46,501 nucleotides of DNA. It comes from a virus (Duplodnaviria; Caudoviricetes). The stretch covers positions 1 through 46,501 of the IMG/VR virus record IMGVR_UViG_3300030397_000347; one strand, 5' to 3'. Both the position numbers and the translations under genes were made by a program. Below are positions 25,622 through 35,902 of this stretch, piece by piece (positions within the stretch are counted from its first letter, which is position 1; every line of letters begins with the position of its first letter). The notes below the pieces were generated by a model, which was not told the DNA's origin, did not search any database, and was given only the letters and a program-made list of their open reading frames with translations.

Positions 25622-27712
25622 ATGCTTAGATTTATTGACTTTGAAACCCGTGATGAAGGTGGCAGGTTGAAAGACCTAGGCACCAGCAAGTACACACAAC
25701 AGCGTGAATTCACGCTGTTGTGCTTAGCGTCGAAAGTCTACGGGAAAAAGCCCACGCTGTGGCTACCTGGTGACCCTTTCCCTGATTGGGCAATGAATCC
25801 TGACCCAAAAGAAACATGGGTTGCTCACAACGCAACGTTTGAACGTCTGGTGTGGGCTAACTACTGCGTACGCGTGTTGGGGTGGGACAGTGTGCCACTA
25901 TCGAAATGGATGTGCACAGCAGCACGGTGCAGGGCTATGGGGCTACCAGGATCACTAGAAGAATCAGCTAGAGCGTTAGGTTTGCCCACCCAAAAGGATA
26001 TGGAAGGGCATAGGCTGATGTTGAAATACACCAAACAAAGAAAGGTAACCAAAACAAACCCTGACAAGTATCATGATGACCCAACCGAACTGAAAAAAGT
26101 ATTTGATTACTGTGTTACTGATGTGGAAGTGACAGAACAGATACATGATCTAACACACGAATTGACCGATGAAGAAATGCGTGTGTGGCGTATCAATGAA
26201 ATGATCAATGACTACGGTTTTCAGATCGACATCAAAACCTGCACACGTATCTGTCAACTGATTACACGAAGTCAGGAAAGGGCACTTGATGAACTAGTCA
26301 AAATCACAGGTGGCAAAATTAAAACCAATGGGCCACAGGGTTACATTGATTATCTCGACAGGTTAGATCTACCCAACATGCAAGCACCCACCGTGGCAGA
26401 AGCATTGGAGCGTGAAGACTTAACAAAAATTGAGCGTAGGGTGTTGGAGATCAGGCAAACCCTTGCACAAACCGCAGTGAAGAAATTCAAACGATTCATC
26501 AATCGTGTTGAAGATGACGGACGTATACGCGGCACGCACATGTACCACACCGCATCTACAGGCAGATTCAGTAGTCATGGTGTGCAGACACAGAACATGA
26601 AGCGTGGGCACGCTGATGACCTGGCTATCAAAGTGTGTGCTGATGCTGTGCACATTGGCAAGACATTGGACGAAACGATTGATCTGATTGAGTGGCAGTA
26701 TGGCAACGTCACAGATGCAGTATCGAACATCGTACGGGGCATGATTGTTGCACGGGATGGCGGCTACCTGTGCCCAATGGATTTCAGCAGCATCGAAGCA
26801 CGTGTCAGTGCGTGGCTTGCTAATGAGCAGACTATGCTAGATCAATTCCGGGCAGATACTGAAGTCTATTGTATATTTGCGTCCAAGCTGTTTGATTTTG
26901 AGGTGACCAAGAAAGACAAACTTGAACGGTTCATCGGCAAGCAGTGCATCCTAGGATTGAGCTATGGTCTAGGCCATTTCATGTTCCGTGAAAACACCCT
27001 AGCTATCGCCAAGAATATGGGCATGACGGTGGATCTAAGCCCTGAATTCTGTAAAGAGGCAGTGGCCCTGTACCGTGAAGAGTATGCCATGATTCCGCAG
27101 TATTGGAATGACTTGGAAACAGCAGCGATTGAAGCGGTCAAACACCCTGGCAAGATCACAGAAGCAGGCATGATCCGTTTCGGCATGGAACGGTTCAAGG
27201 GTAACGAATGGTTACGCTGCAAACTACCCAGTGGGCGTATCATCCGCTACCCATCACCACGGGTGGTCAAGATGTGGCCCAGTTACGTGAAACGCAGTGA
27301 ACGCACAGCCGAAAACGAATGGAAGAAAAAATACACACTCACCTTTTTAGCAGTGGTCAAAGGTCAGAACAGAAGAGAAAAAATCATTAGGCTGCCTGAT
27401 GAAGAATACTTGTGGCAAAAGGATTCACCGTACTACACAGCCCACTGGCAGCGGTTAAGCACATGGGGCGGCACACTGCTTGAGAATGTCACACAGGGGC
27501 TTTCACGCGATTACCTGACACACAGCATGGATGAAGCACGCAAACAGCGATTCGCAGTTAGTTTACACGTACATGATGAGATTGTGGCGGATGTGAAGCA
27601 GGCACATGAGGTGGAAAAAGTCAGACAGGTAATGTTACGCAAACCAGAATGGGGGAAGTTATGCCCAATAGACGCAGACGGTTTTGTAACCAAAAGGTAC
27701 CGCAAAGATTGA
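25622..27712 (+). CDS. DNA polymerase family A (APSE-like) with 3'-5' exonuclease
   Basis: IDFET, AHNATFER, YCVTDV exonuclease motifs; STGRFSS, DFSSIEAR (A), R..GK..ILGLSYG (B), HVHDE (C). Confidence 0.95.
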   Translation: MLRFIDFETRDEGGRLKDLGTSKYTQQREFTLLCLASKVYGKKPTLWLPGDPFPDWAMNPDPKETWVAHNATFERLVWANYCVRVLGWDSVPLSKWMCTAARCRAMGLPGSLEESARALGLPTQKDMEGHRLMLKYTKQRKVTKTNPDKYHDDPTELKKVFDYCVTDVEVTEQIHDLTHELTDEEMRVWRINEMINDYGFQIDIKTCTRICQLITRSQERALDELVKITGGKIKTNGPQGYIDYLDRLDLPNMQAPTVAEALEREDLTKIERRVLEIRQTLAQTAVKKFKRFINRVEDDGRIRGTHMYHTASTGRFSSHGVQTQNMKRGHADDLAIKVCADAVHIGKTLDETIDLIEWQYGNVTDAVSNIVRGMIVARDGGYLCPMDFSSIEARVSAWLANEQTMLDQFRADTEVYCIFASKLFDFEVTKKDKLERFIGKQCILGLSYGLGHFMFRENTLAIAKNMGMTVDLSPEFCKEAVALYREEYAMIPQYWNDLETAAIEAVKHPGKITEAGMIRFGMERFKGNEWLRCKLPSGRIIRYPSPRVVKMWPSYVKRSERTAENEWKKKYTLTFLAVVKGQNRREKIIRLPDEEYLWQKDSPYYTAHWQRLSTWGGTLLENVTQGLSRDYLTHSMDEARKQRFAVSLHVHDEIVADVKQAHEVEKVRQVMLRKPEWGKLCPIDADGFVTKRYRKD

Positions 27713-27894
27713 TACACCGTATACGCTGTGCAAGATGTGACTTGTCGATTGACATGGCAACACCCTACCCACACATACTGATCAGCTATGCACGTCGGCT
27801 AGGCTGGTTAACGGTAACCGCCAATCGAAAATTGACCAACAACCATTATTTCTGTTCAGAACAATGCCACCGAAACACTACAACAAAAAAATGA
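27709..27894 (+). CDS. Small zinc-binding hypothetical protein
   Basis: CARC...GW...FCSEQC; TTG start overlapping the pol stop. Confidence 0.55.
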   Translation: MIHRIRCARCDLSIDMATPYPHILISYARRLGWLTVTANRKLTNNHYFCSEQCHRNTTTKK

Positions 27895-28217
27895 CTGAGT
27901 GGATGGTGTTAGACCTGTTGCGGCAAGGTGTGTACACATTTGTCAATCAACGTCTGCACAAGTCAGCCAAAGTCATTTCATGTCAACCGAACGTGCAAGG
28001 CTACCTGTACAGCCGTATATATTGTACCCCGTATGTTATCAGTATAGGATTACATAGAGTCAGTTGGATGGCTCGACATGATCAGCTGATACCACCAGGG
28101 TTTGAAATCCATCACATAGACCTTGACCGTGAAAACAATGATGCAGATAACCTGGTGGCACTGGCACCATTTGACCACCGCAAATTTCATTTAGAAACAG
28201 AAGAGGTACCGTTCTGA
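27891..28217 (+). CDS. HNH endonuclease (homing type)
   Basis: LHRVSW, IHHIDLDRENNDADNL...H. Confidence 0.85.
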   Translation: MTEWMVLDLLRQGVYTFVNQRLHKSAKVISCQPNVQGYLYSRIYCTPYVISIGLHRVSWMARHDQLIPPGFEIHHIDLDRENNDADNLVALAPFDHRKFHLETEEVPF

Positions 28218-28968
28218 TGGTTACTTTTAATTCAATTGATATGGGGTTGTTGAAATACAATGCTAAATATCTTCTAGACACAATGCCTACTAAAGTCGAT
28301 TCAGAAGAAAGCTATCGGCAAACCTTTGTTTGTCTAGGCCTTAATGACTGGGTAAATTCTGACCAACCTTTCTACAATGTGTGGCCAGCTGTGTTTGGCA
28401 TGAGTAAAAGTCTAAAAGTAGATGAACTTTTGGAATTCATCGAACTGCCAGAAAGTACTATTGTACGTTCTAAAGATGCGTACACTACACGTGCAGTAGC
28501 ACTACGTTTTCACAAAGGCTACCGAGGGCATATACAAGAAATGAAAAACACGTAACTGCGTGCTATCTACCAGAGCAGTCAAGAGTTTTGATGTTACCTG
28601 GTAGCGTAAGCAAACTAAGACCTGATTGGGATATTGGAGATTTAGATTTAATAAAGGTATTGGCAGCTATATCTTTGTTGCACGGGAACCCTGACTATTT
28701 TGAGCCTGTACTGTTGGCGAAGGATAACGGTAAAGAGGCAACACCGCAGCGAATAACCAAAGCGAAAAAACGCGGTGTGCACGGCACCCATGTTGGTAGA
28801 AAATTTGAATCAATACCACATTACCGCAGACCCCACTTCGCCACACGTTGGACAGGCAAGGGTGGTGCCACGCCAAAGATAGTGCCTGTACGTGGTTCAA
28901 TTGTGAAGCAAAAGAGAATGGTGGAAATGCCAACAGGGTATCTGATAGATGGCACGCCCAGAAGGTAA
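28217..28968 (+). pseudogene. Hypothetical gene split by a probable frameshift (track ORFs 28217-28555 and 28588-28968)
   Basis: Second frame is open from 28474 and overlaps the first; C-terminal PHYRRPHF..RWTGKG motif. Confidence 0.5.
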
Positions 28969-29314
28969 CCTTGAAGCTGCTGTCAGGAAGTGGTGCCATA
29001 GCAAACAGTGGCAATGCCGAAAACTGATTGACGTGGGTCAGGAAGGTTTTCCTGATAGGACAGTCATCGGTGATGGTTGGGTTGCTTTCCTAGAATTGAA
29101 AACACCAGTAGGTAAACTAAGACCAGGGCAGGTGAGAACACAACGTAAGTTGAAAAGGCGTGGGCAGCATGTGCTGACAAGCCACAATCTAACCGAAATA
29201 AAACAATGGCTAGAAGGGATTGACGATGCCTACCATGAAAGAAACCCACTACCACAAAGCCCGCTATTGCAGTGCCTGTGGCGATATTTACGAAAAATGC
29301 GAACTAACTTTTAA
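28949..29314 (+). CDS. VRR-NUC domain nuclease
   Basis: E..LE, GFPDR, FLELKTPVGKLRPGQ. Confidence 0.9.
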   Translation: MARPEGNLEAAVRKWCHSKQWQCRKLIDVGQEGFPDRTVIGDGWVAFLELKTPVGKLRPGQVRTQRKLKRRGQHVLTSHNLTEIKQWLEGIDDAYHERNPLPQSPLLQCLWRYLRKMRTNF

Positions 29315-29420
29315 ACCAAATGATAGGGCAGGGTTCAATGGAACGTGCATTAAGTGCTACCGAAAACGCGATGAAGATGGGCGACAAGAATCAGAAAGCA
29401 ATAGCTGCGAAACTGATTGA
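29226..29420 (+). CDS. Small zinc-finger hypothetical protein
   Basis: CSACG...CIKCY. Confidence 0.5.
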   Translation: MPTMKETHYHKARYCSACGDIYEKCELTFKPNDRAGFNGTCIKCYRKRDEDGRQESESNSCETD

Positions 29421-29658
29421 GGTGGGCGACCTGTTGTTGAAAAAGAATGCTGACTATGGCAACAGTGTTTTTCACACACCCGTTCTAACACCAGACATGC
29501 AAGCAGGTGATGCGATCCTAGTGCGTATGTCAGACAAGATCAGCAGGCTATCAAATCTTCGTAACAACGAAAGTCAGATTGATGAAGCCATTGAAGACAC
29601 AGTGAAAGATTTAATAGGGTATGGCGTATTGTGGCTAGTCTCAAACGAAAGGGCATGA
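29371..29658 (+). CDS. DUF1599-like (nucleotide-modification-associated) helical protein
   Basis: KKNADYGNS, VRMSDKISRL, EDTVKDLIGY. Confidence 0.8.
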   Translation: MKMGDKNQKAIAAKLIEVGDLLLKKNADYGNSVFHTPVLTPDMQAGDAILVRMSDKISRLSNLRNNESQIDEAIEDTVKDLIGYGVLWLVSNERA

Positions 29659-31103
29659 TGCAAAGGCATGACTACCAAAACCGCATGATAGATTTTGCCT
29701 ATTGGCGGTTGATAGTAGAAAACCAACCAGGGGTAGCGTGGTGGGCTGATCCTGGTTTAGGCAAAACACTGTGTGCGTTAGAGCTAACCAAACGGCTACG
29801 TAAGCAAGGGCAAGCACTACGCACATTAGTTATCGCACCATTGGATGTGTGTTATTCAACTTGGCCCACGGAAATTCAGAAGTTTGGCTACCCGTGGATA
29901 CCGCGAATAATCCACAGCCCTACAAACAACACTGCGGCATTCAGAAAACGGCAGTGCCGTGGTGGGTCTAGTTACATCCACCTAATCAACCCGGAAGGGG
30001 TCAAGTGGCTATCTGAATCAACTGACACTGAGTGGGATCTAGTCATCGTTGATGAATCAACCAAGTTTAAAAACTGGTCAGCTGTACGTACAGAAAAGCT
30101 AGTGCAGATGGTTAACGCTAACCGAATTAAAAAATTGATTACGATGACAGGCACACCTAAACCGAATGGGTATCAGGATATCTATTCACAGATGTGGCTG
30201 TGTGACCACGGGCAGGCATTAGGCCCAACCTTGACGTATTATCGGCAGTGGGCACTGCAACAGATTGGGTGGGCGGAACAAGCACGGTGGGGCATTCGCA
30301 ACGAGCAGATACCTGAGATCGAAAGACGCATTGCACCATTAGTGATGCGTGTTGATGCACGCGACCACTTAGAGCTGCCTCACGTTAAAAATAATGTGGT
30401 TTACGTAGACCTACCACCTGACGTTTTCCGTGTCTATGCCGACATGCACGAACAATTATTAGCGTTGCTGGATAGTGGCGAAACACTTGCCGCAAGTAAT
30501 GCAGGTGTGAAGTACAGCATGTGTAGGCAGATTGCGAACGGTGGGTGTTGGTACCGTGATGATGATGAGCAAAAACAGTACGAAGAAATTCACACAGTCA
30601 AGATTGAAGCAATCAAGCACCTAGTTGATGGATTGGACGGGCAACCGGTTATCATTGCCTTTCAGTTCAACCATGATCTTGATCGGTTGTTGAAGGTGTG
30701 GCCAAAAGCACCTTACATCAAAGGCAAAGTGAAAGCGAATGAACGTAAAGCAATCATTGCTAATTGGAATGAGGGCAGAATACCGATTATGTTTGTACAG
30801 CCACAGGCCCTAGCCCACGGGGCTAATATGCAGGCAGGTGGGGCTAACATGATCTGGTACGGATTAACTGATCAGTATGAACTATTCGACCAACTGAAAC
30901 GGCGATTGTGGCGGCAAGGGCAGGAAGCAGACACTGTGCGGTTCCATTATGTTCTAGCACGCCACACGGTTGACTATTCAATTATGGACAATTTAAAGAA
31001 CAAAGGCACATCACAGCAACAATTGATGGATGCGATTAAACGTAGAAGGAATGACTTTCATGGGCATGGTGTGGGCTTTACAGAAGCCAATAGCGTCTTG
31101 TAG
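29655..31103 (+). CDS. SNF2-family helicase
   Basis: DPGLGKT, IVDEST, MTGTP, RQIANG, HGANMQ, Q..RLWRQGQ. Confidence 0.93.
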   Translation: MMQRHDYQNRMIDFAYWRLIVENQPGVAWWADPGLGKTLCALELTKRLRKQGQALRTLVIAPLDVCYSTWPTEIQKFGYPWIPRIIHSPTNNTAAFRKRQCRGGSSYIHLINPEGVKWLSESTDTEWDLVIVDESTKFKNWSAVRTEKLVQMVNANRIKKLITMTGTPKPNGYQDIYSQMWLCDHGQALGPTLTYYRQWALQQIGWAEQARWGIRNEQIPEIERRIAPLVMRVDARDHLELPHVKNNVVYVDLPPDVFRVYADMHEQLLALLDSGETLAASNAGVKYSMCRQIANGGCWYRDDDEQKQYEEIHTVKIEAIKHLVDGLDGQPVIIAFQFNHDLDRLLKVWPKAPYIKGKVKANERKAIIANWNEGRIPIMFVQPQALAHGANMQAGGANMIWYGLTDQYELFDQLKRRLWRQGQEADTVRFHYVLARHTVDYSIMDNLKNKGTSQQQLMDAIKRRRNDFHGHGVGFTEANSVL

Positions 31104-33798
31104 ACGAAAGAATATTCCGCGTGGGTTAAAGGAAACAGAATCATGGGTGCTGTGGGATTACAAACGGAAAGCGGATAAAGAACCAAACGAAGATGGGCAA
31201 CTATGTTGGGACAAACCTTGCACGAATGACCTAGGCGAACCTGCATCATTTGCTGACATTCGCGGCACGTATGAAGCCAAAGAGGCGATTGCACGTGAAC
31301 TGACCTGTGGCATCGGCATTGCACCATTAGACACAGGGCTAACCTGTGTTGATCTTGATAACTGCTATGATCCGATTGACGGATTAGAACCGTGGGCTGA
31401 ACAGCTGATCAACTCACTAGACAGCTATACCGAAGTCAGCCCTAGTGGTACTGGTGCTAAAGTTTGGTTCACAGGGCCAATGCGGTTCACAGGCAAACGA
31501 ACCCTACAACTGTTCGGTGAAAAGGTTGAAGTGTTCAGCAGTGGCGGTAGCTACTGCACTATCACAGGTGAACGCATTCATGGCGGTGAACTGCGTGAGC
31601 TGTCGCAGGCTAGTCTAGATGAAATTTTCGGTAGGTTAGAACAACACCAACAGCACATCGTAGTGCCCCGCCCACGCGGTGACCTGACTGAGCAGGTTAG
31701 AGCAGTATTCAAGCTACTGCTATCTAAGATCGATTTGATACGCATCACAGGTGCCGAAACAGGCACCTACGAAGAATGGCTACGTATTGGGGCAGCACTG
31801 CATCACAGCGGTGACCTGTTTGATGAATTCGCGGAGTGGTCAGCCACCCAACCGGGATTCACCAGTGTTGATGATTGCCGTAAACATTGGGTCAGTTTCG
31901 GACGATATGACGGCAGAGAAGCCACATTTAAAACGTTAGTGCACTATGCCCGCGTGTGCGGTTGGCGGTTGTCAGGCGATGACGTTGCGATTCTCGACAA
32001 GTTTCAACAGCTGCCTGATGTTGATATTGACCAAGCCATCAAACGGCTAGACCGACATGGGGCAGCGGTTCAGAGTGGTGCAGAATCACCTGTAAGCCCC
32101 GATGAGCTGAAACAGGCAATTGATATGGTCACAGCACCAGAACCTGCACCACGGGGGGCGTGGGGGCTTCTGTTCACCAACGGCAACGGGTTAAAGGAAC
32201 GCACAACATTAAGCCTGAATAGCCCTAGATCCGTGCAGGCAACCCGTGATGTGATTGACCAGCTGTTTGGACACCAACCCAATGTACAGGTTGCGTTGAT
32301 TGACTACCTAATCCACGGCGGTTTGCGTAGGGGTGGTGGCAACCATGATCAGACTGCACTGCCATTGGAGCTAACCGAAAATTATTTTCTAGTTGATGAT
32401 CCAATGTTTGTCGACTTCAAACACATGACCAATCAACTAACCGTGTTAATGGAAGCTGAAAATTGTTTCGACTATAGCGGGGAAGTGGTTAATGGTAACC
32501 TTGAACCAATTACAGACAAGATGCTGATGGGTTGGGTACCGCTACCTGTGCGGCGTATCGCCAATGCTGAAATGGATCTGCACAATGATTCACTTTCGCT
32601 GTCAAAGTCATCACAGCTACTAAACGCGGTACACCTACGGCAGGTGAAGTCAGTACACGCTATGCCTGTGCTGCTTGAAGACACAGATGGGAAGCTGATA
32701 ACTGTTGAAGGCTACCATGAACCATCAGGCACCTACGTGATTGGCGGTGAGAAGCTGCCCAACGTATCGTTAAAGGAAGCAGCAGCTGCCCTACGGAACG
32801 TTTTGCGTGATTTCGACTTCATACACCCTGCGGATGAGTCAAGGGCTGTAGCGGGGCTTCTGAGCCCTGCTTGTTCTTTTGGCCAACTGATTGAGCGGTG
32901 CCCCATTGATGTGGGTGTGGCCACACGTTCACAAGCTGGTAAAGGCTATCGCCACAGCATGAATGCTGCGATCTACAGTGGTAAGCAACGGCAGGTGACC
33001 CAGTTTGAACACGCAGGCACAACTGATGAACACTTTCAAGCTGCCCTACTAGATTGCAATTTCATTCAGTTTGATAACTTCAGGGGCAAATTCAACTCAC
33101 CGATGCTTGAGGCTTTCATGACCGGTGATGAAATGTGGGCAAGAACATCATACCGTGAAGGACGCATTATCGATCCGAAACGCTACGCAGTATCTCTCAC
33201 ATCCAACGGCATGCACATGACTGATGATCTAATGCGTCGATCGTGCATCACATCAATTGAGCCTAGAGCACCTGACTACCAATGGCACCTGTTTGATGGG
33301 CTGTCTGTTCTAGATCACATGCGGGCTAAACAGCCCTACTACCTGGCATGCGTTTACAAAGTGCTGACCCACTGGCATGACAAAGGGAAGCAAACTTTGC
33401 CCTGTGGTGACATGGGAAGCTTTACCGTGTGGTTCGGTTCAATGAATTGGATCATGCAAAACATCTTCAACCTGCCTGCTACGCATCTTGATCAAGATGC
33501 AGGTGCAGTCAAAGGGGGTCCACAACAAACGTTGCGGGTGGTGTGTCAGGAAATAAAGCCGGGGGAGCACCCAATAACGGTACGCGATCTGATGAAACAG
33601 GTTGAGCACCGTAGGGATGATATTTGTGAACCTGGTGAATCATTGAAAATGAAGCTTGCACATGACCTGAACGAAGTTACAGGTGAGAGCGGAACAATCA
33701 CAGCCCACGGCTACCACATCCGACGTTCACACACATGGATCAACAAGAATCGTACTAACACTTACCACTTTGATGATGGGAGTTTTGACCTGATATGA
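31051..33798 (+). CDS. Primase-polymerase (NrS-1-like) / PriCT-2 / helicase fusion
   Basis: WVLW, VDLDNC, YTEVSPSGTG; YEEWLRIGAALH (PriCT-2-like); QAGKG, FDN, TSNG, DLMRR in the C-terminal P-loop region. Confidence 0.85.
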   Translation: MTFMGMVWALQKPIASCRRKNIPRGLKETESWVLWDYKRKADKEPNEDGQLCWDKPCTNDLGEPASFADIRGTYEAKEAIARELTCGIGIAPLDTGLTCVDLDNCYDPIDGLEPWAEQLINSLDSYTEVSPSGTGAKVWFTGPMRFTGKRTLQLFGEKVEVFSSGGSYCTITGERIHGGELRELSQASLDEIFGRLEQHQQHIVVPRPRGDLTEQVRAVFKLLLSKIDLIRITGAETGTYEEWLRIGAALHHSGDLFDEFAEWSATQPGFTSVDDCRKHWVSFGRYDGREATFKTLVHYARVCGWRLSGDDVAILDKFQQLPDVDIDQAIKRLDRHGAAVQSGAESPVSPDELKQAIDMVTAPEPAPRGAWGLLFTNGNGLKERTTLSLNSPRSVQATRDVIDQLFGHQPNVQVALIDYLIHGGLRRGGGNHDQTALPLELTENYFLVDDPMFVDFKHMTNQLTVLMEAENCFDYSGEVVNGNLEPITDKMLMGWVPLPVRRIANAEMDLHNDSLSLSKSSQLLNAVHLRQVKSVHAMPVLLEDTDGKLITVEGYHEPSGTYVIGGEKLPNVSLKEAAAALRNVLRDFDFIHPADESRAVAGLLSPACSFGQLIERCPIDVGVATRSQAGKGYRHSMNAAIYSGKQRQVTQFEHAGTTDEHFQAALLDCNFIQFDNFRGKFNSPMLEAFMTGDEMWARTSYREGRIIDPKRYAVSLTSNGMHMTDDLMRRSCITSIEPRAPDYQWHLFDGLSVLDHMRAKQPYYLACVYKVLTHWHDKGKQTLPCGDMGSFTVWFGSMNWIMQNIFNLPATHLDQDAGAVKGGPQQTLRVVCQEIKPGEHPITVRDLMKQVEHRRDDICEPGESLKMKLAHDLNEVTGESGTITAHGYHIRRSHTWINKNRTNTYHFDDGSFDLI

Positions 33799-34017
33799 AA
33801 GTACAAACCGTAACCTATGAACGTGTTTCAAAACGAAGGGTGGCAGAGTACGAAACAGAACGTGCATCTTGCACAATTTGAGTTGAACGAAGACGACAGC
33901 CCACGCGAAGCAATGCGTGCAGCTGTTGAAGAGGTTGAGTGGGTGTTAGGGCTTGATGACACAGGGGCTAGCGTCCGTGGCAAATCACGTAAACCACCAG
34001 AGTATAAAACAAGATGA
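33795..34017 (+). pseudogene. Small hypothetical gene with an apparent +1 frameshift at about 33879
   Basis: MKVQTVTYERVSKRRVAEYETERASCTI* continues as ELNEDDSPREAMRAAVEEV if one T of ATTTGAG is removed; start coupled to the primase stop. Confidence 0.55.
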
Positions 34018-34226
34018 CTATTGAAATCATAAAACGTGTCGAACCAAAGAAACCAGAAGAGAACAAAATCACATTCAAGTGTTCACACTGCAAATCTAAA
34101 CTACGTGCATCACCAAATGATGCATGCGGTCAATCTTATGACAAGCTGTCAATGATGGATTACAACGTTCATTTAGCTTTCAACTGTCCCGTATGCAAAC
34201 ACAAAACATGGGTGGTATTACCATGA
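34014..34226 (+). CDS. Small zinc-ribbon protein
   Basis: CSHC...CPVC. Confidence 0.7.
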   Translation: MTIEIIKRVEPKKPEENKITFKCSHCKSKLRASPNDACGQSYDKLSMMDYNVHLAFNCPVCKHKTWVVLP

Positions 34227-34450
34227 GCCATAGACAGATCAACCGACAACTACTTGCATTCCTAGGCGTGGAACCGAAGGGGGCAATGAAAATATCAGTC
34301 ACACTAGCGATTGACTGCTATCCCATCATTGAAGTTGAACGTAGGGGGCGTGATGTGATCTACGGAAAGGGCAGACCCCACTTCGAACGGACTAAGGAAA
34401 TCTATCAGCTTAACGAAATTGGAAACGCAGAAAGGATAACCAGCAAATGA
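34223..34450 (+). CDS. Hypothetical protein
   Basis: ATGA-coupled start MSHRQ. Confidence 0.6.
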   Translation: MSHRQINRQLLAFLGVEPKGAMKISVTLAIDCYPIIEVERRGRDVIYGKGRPHFERTKEIYQLNEIGNAERITSK

Positions 34451-34902
34451 TTGATTTCATACCCATCAAGTTTGAACCAAATGCACGCCGCAAGCACAGT
34501 AAGAAGCCTGTGATGATTCTTTGTGAAGACGATACGTGGTACCGCATTCTCACAGAAGGCATGTCTATTCAAGCTGTTAAGAAAGACGTTCTTGAACCAC
34601 TGACACCCAATTGCGTTCAGCGTAATCTTCTCATCCGTGTTGAAGGTGACGGGATGTGGCAAACTCACGCAGGTGGTGACGGGGTGTATCAAGTCAAGTT
34701 AGAGTACAACCCTGATTTAGATTGTATCTATCAGGTTGCTGACAGCTATGGTGAACTGTTTGAGGTTGCTCGGTATGTACTTAACAAAGCTATTGAAGAA
34801 TTCGAGCCCAATGTACCACCAACTGTTAGAGCCACACTAGTCAAGCGTGCTTTGACTGATCTATCAGCAGTTGCAGGAGAAATACAGAGGGATCAGGCGT
34901 AG
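34447..34902 (+). CDS. Hypothetical protein
   Basis: ORF track; ATGA-coupled. Confidence 0.65.
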   Translation: MIDFIPIKFEPNARRKHSKKPVMILCEDDTWYRILTEGMSIQAVKKDVLEPLTPNCVQRNLLIRVEGDGMWQTHAGGDGVYQVKLEYNPDLDCIYQVADSYGELFEVARYVLNKAIEEFEPNVPPTVRATLVKRALTDLSAVAGEIQRDQA

Positions 34903-34920
34903 CCACTAAATAGACAGTGA

Positions 34921-34950
34921 CCCTTACCAGGAGTCCAAAACTGGTAAGGG
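34921..34950. other. Perfect 10-bp hairpin ending the replication operon
   Basis: CCCTTACCAG-GAGTCCAAAA-CTGGTAAGGG; no U-tract. Confidence 0.55.
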
Positions 34951-35074
34951 CCACCAAGCCAGATCAGCACAGCCACCACTCTAGCACGCTCTACAGTGCA
35001 CATAAACACTATACAGGTGTTCACCACTTCTGAACGATTGTACACCTGTTTCGATCGTAACCCCCTTTATGGGG

Positions 35075-35342
35075 CCTACACGGTCAAGACCACCCATAGC
35101 CACTGTGCTGCACCAAAAGTGCAAAAACACATCGTCGGCACCGTGTAGGGGTGCTTTTTCAAGATACCCCTACACGGTACCCTACACGGTGCCATTTCAG
35201 CCTATGAATCAAGGGGTTCCAGCGTTCAAAACGTGCGAAATCGTAACACCGTGTAGGGTATAGGCCAAACATTCTAGGTGTGGTGTTTTTTATGCCCTTT
35301 TTTGCACCACACCCCTATTACCCCCTATAGACCCTACACGGT
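35075..35342. repeat. Iteron array (CCCTACACGGT x6), putative replication origin
   Basis: Forward at 35075 (10/11), 35168, 35180, 35332; reverse at 35140, 35248; non-coding, downstream of the primase-helicase. Confidence 0.8.
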
Positions 35343-35382
35343 GCACGATCTCGCCCACCCCCCGCGTAAATCACATCCCGGT

Positions 35383-35410
35383 TTGACGGTGGCAGGAACC
35401 GTGGTAGACT
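35383..35410 (+). promoter_or_regulatory. Sigma70-like promoter for the tail operon
   Basis: TTGACG-16 nt-TAGACT with extended -10 TG. Confidence 0.55.
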
Positions 35411-35470
35411 CCAATCAGTCTAGGACGAAATCACGCCGTTGGAGTGGGGGCGATATCGTCCCATCTACGA

Positions 35471-35902
35471 ATGCCAGATCTATCAGAATCGCTAAGAACG
35501 TGGCTGCTGCCCACGGTCACACCTACAGTTGATGACCGTGTTCACGTGGATCACGCACCGCAGCTAGAACAGCTACTCAAAGCAGACTGCACACCTGAAG
35601 ACATCAAGCCTTATGTGTGGGTGTCACGTGCAGGTGTAGACCGCGATGGGTGTCTAGGTGAATCTGGTACACTACCCGATAGCGAAGACTTTGACATAGA
35701 ATGCACATCACGTGATATCGCCACATCAAAAGCGTTGGCTACGCTGCTGCATGGTTTGGATTCATCCCGGTTGCAGTTTGATGGTATCTGGTGTGACGTG
35801 TTTGTGACTGATCAATCAGACGATTATCAGTCGAGAACACAAGCAGTTGAACTAGGGCTATTCGTAACCGCGTTAGCGATAACCGTTGTGAGGAATCAAT
35901 GA
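35471..35902 (+). CDS. Tail terminator/completion protein
   Basis: LRTWLL....VDDRVH...APQ...PYVWVSR...FDIEC; precedes the tail tube. Confidence 0.75.
   Translation: MPDLSESLRTWLLPTVTPTVDDRVHVDHAPQLEQLLKADCTPEDIKPYVWVSRAGVDRDGCLGESGTLPDSEDFDIECTSRDIATSKALATLLHGLDSSRLQFDGIWCDVFVTDQSDDYQSRTQAVELGLFVTALAITVVRNQ

Noticed and set aside
29371-29658. DNA hypermodification pathway
   Set aside because: Only a lone DUF1599-like gene; no PurZ, queuosine-pathway, thymidylate-synthase-like or transferase genes recognised
35075-35342. Possible CRISPR mini-array
   Set aside because: Repeats are only 11 nt, in both orientations and irregularly spaced; no cas operon
35069-35532. Track ORFs 35069-35263 and 35278-35532
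   Set aside because: They overlie the iteron array and promoter; translations just reflect the repeats (PYTV)
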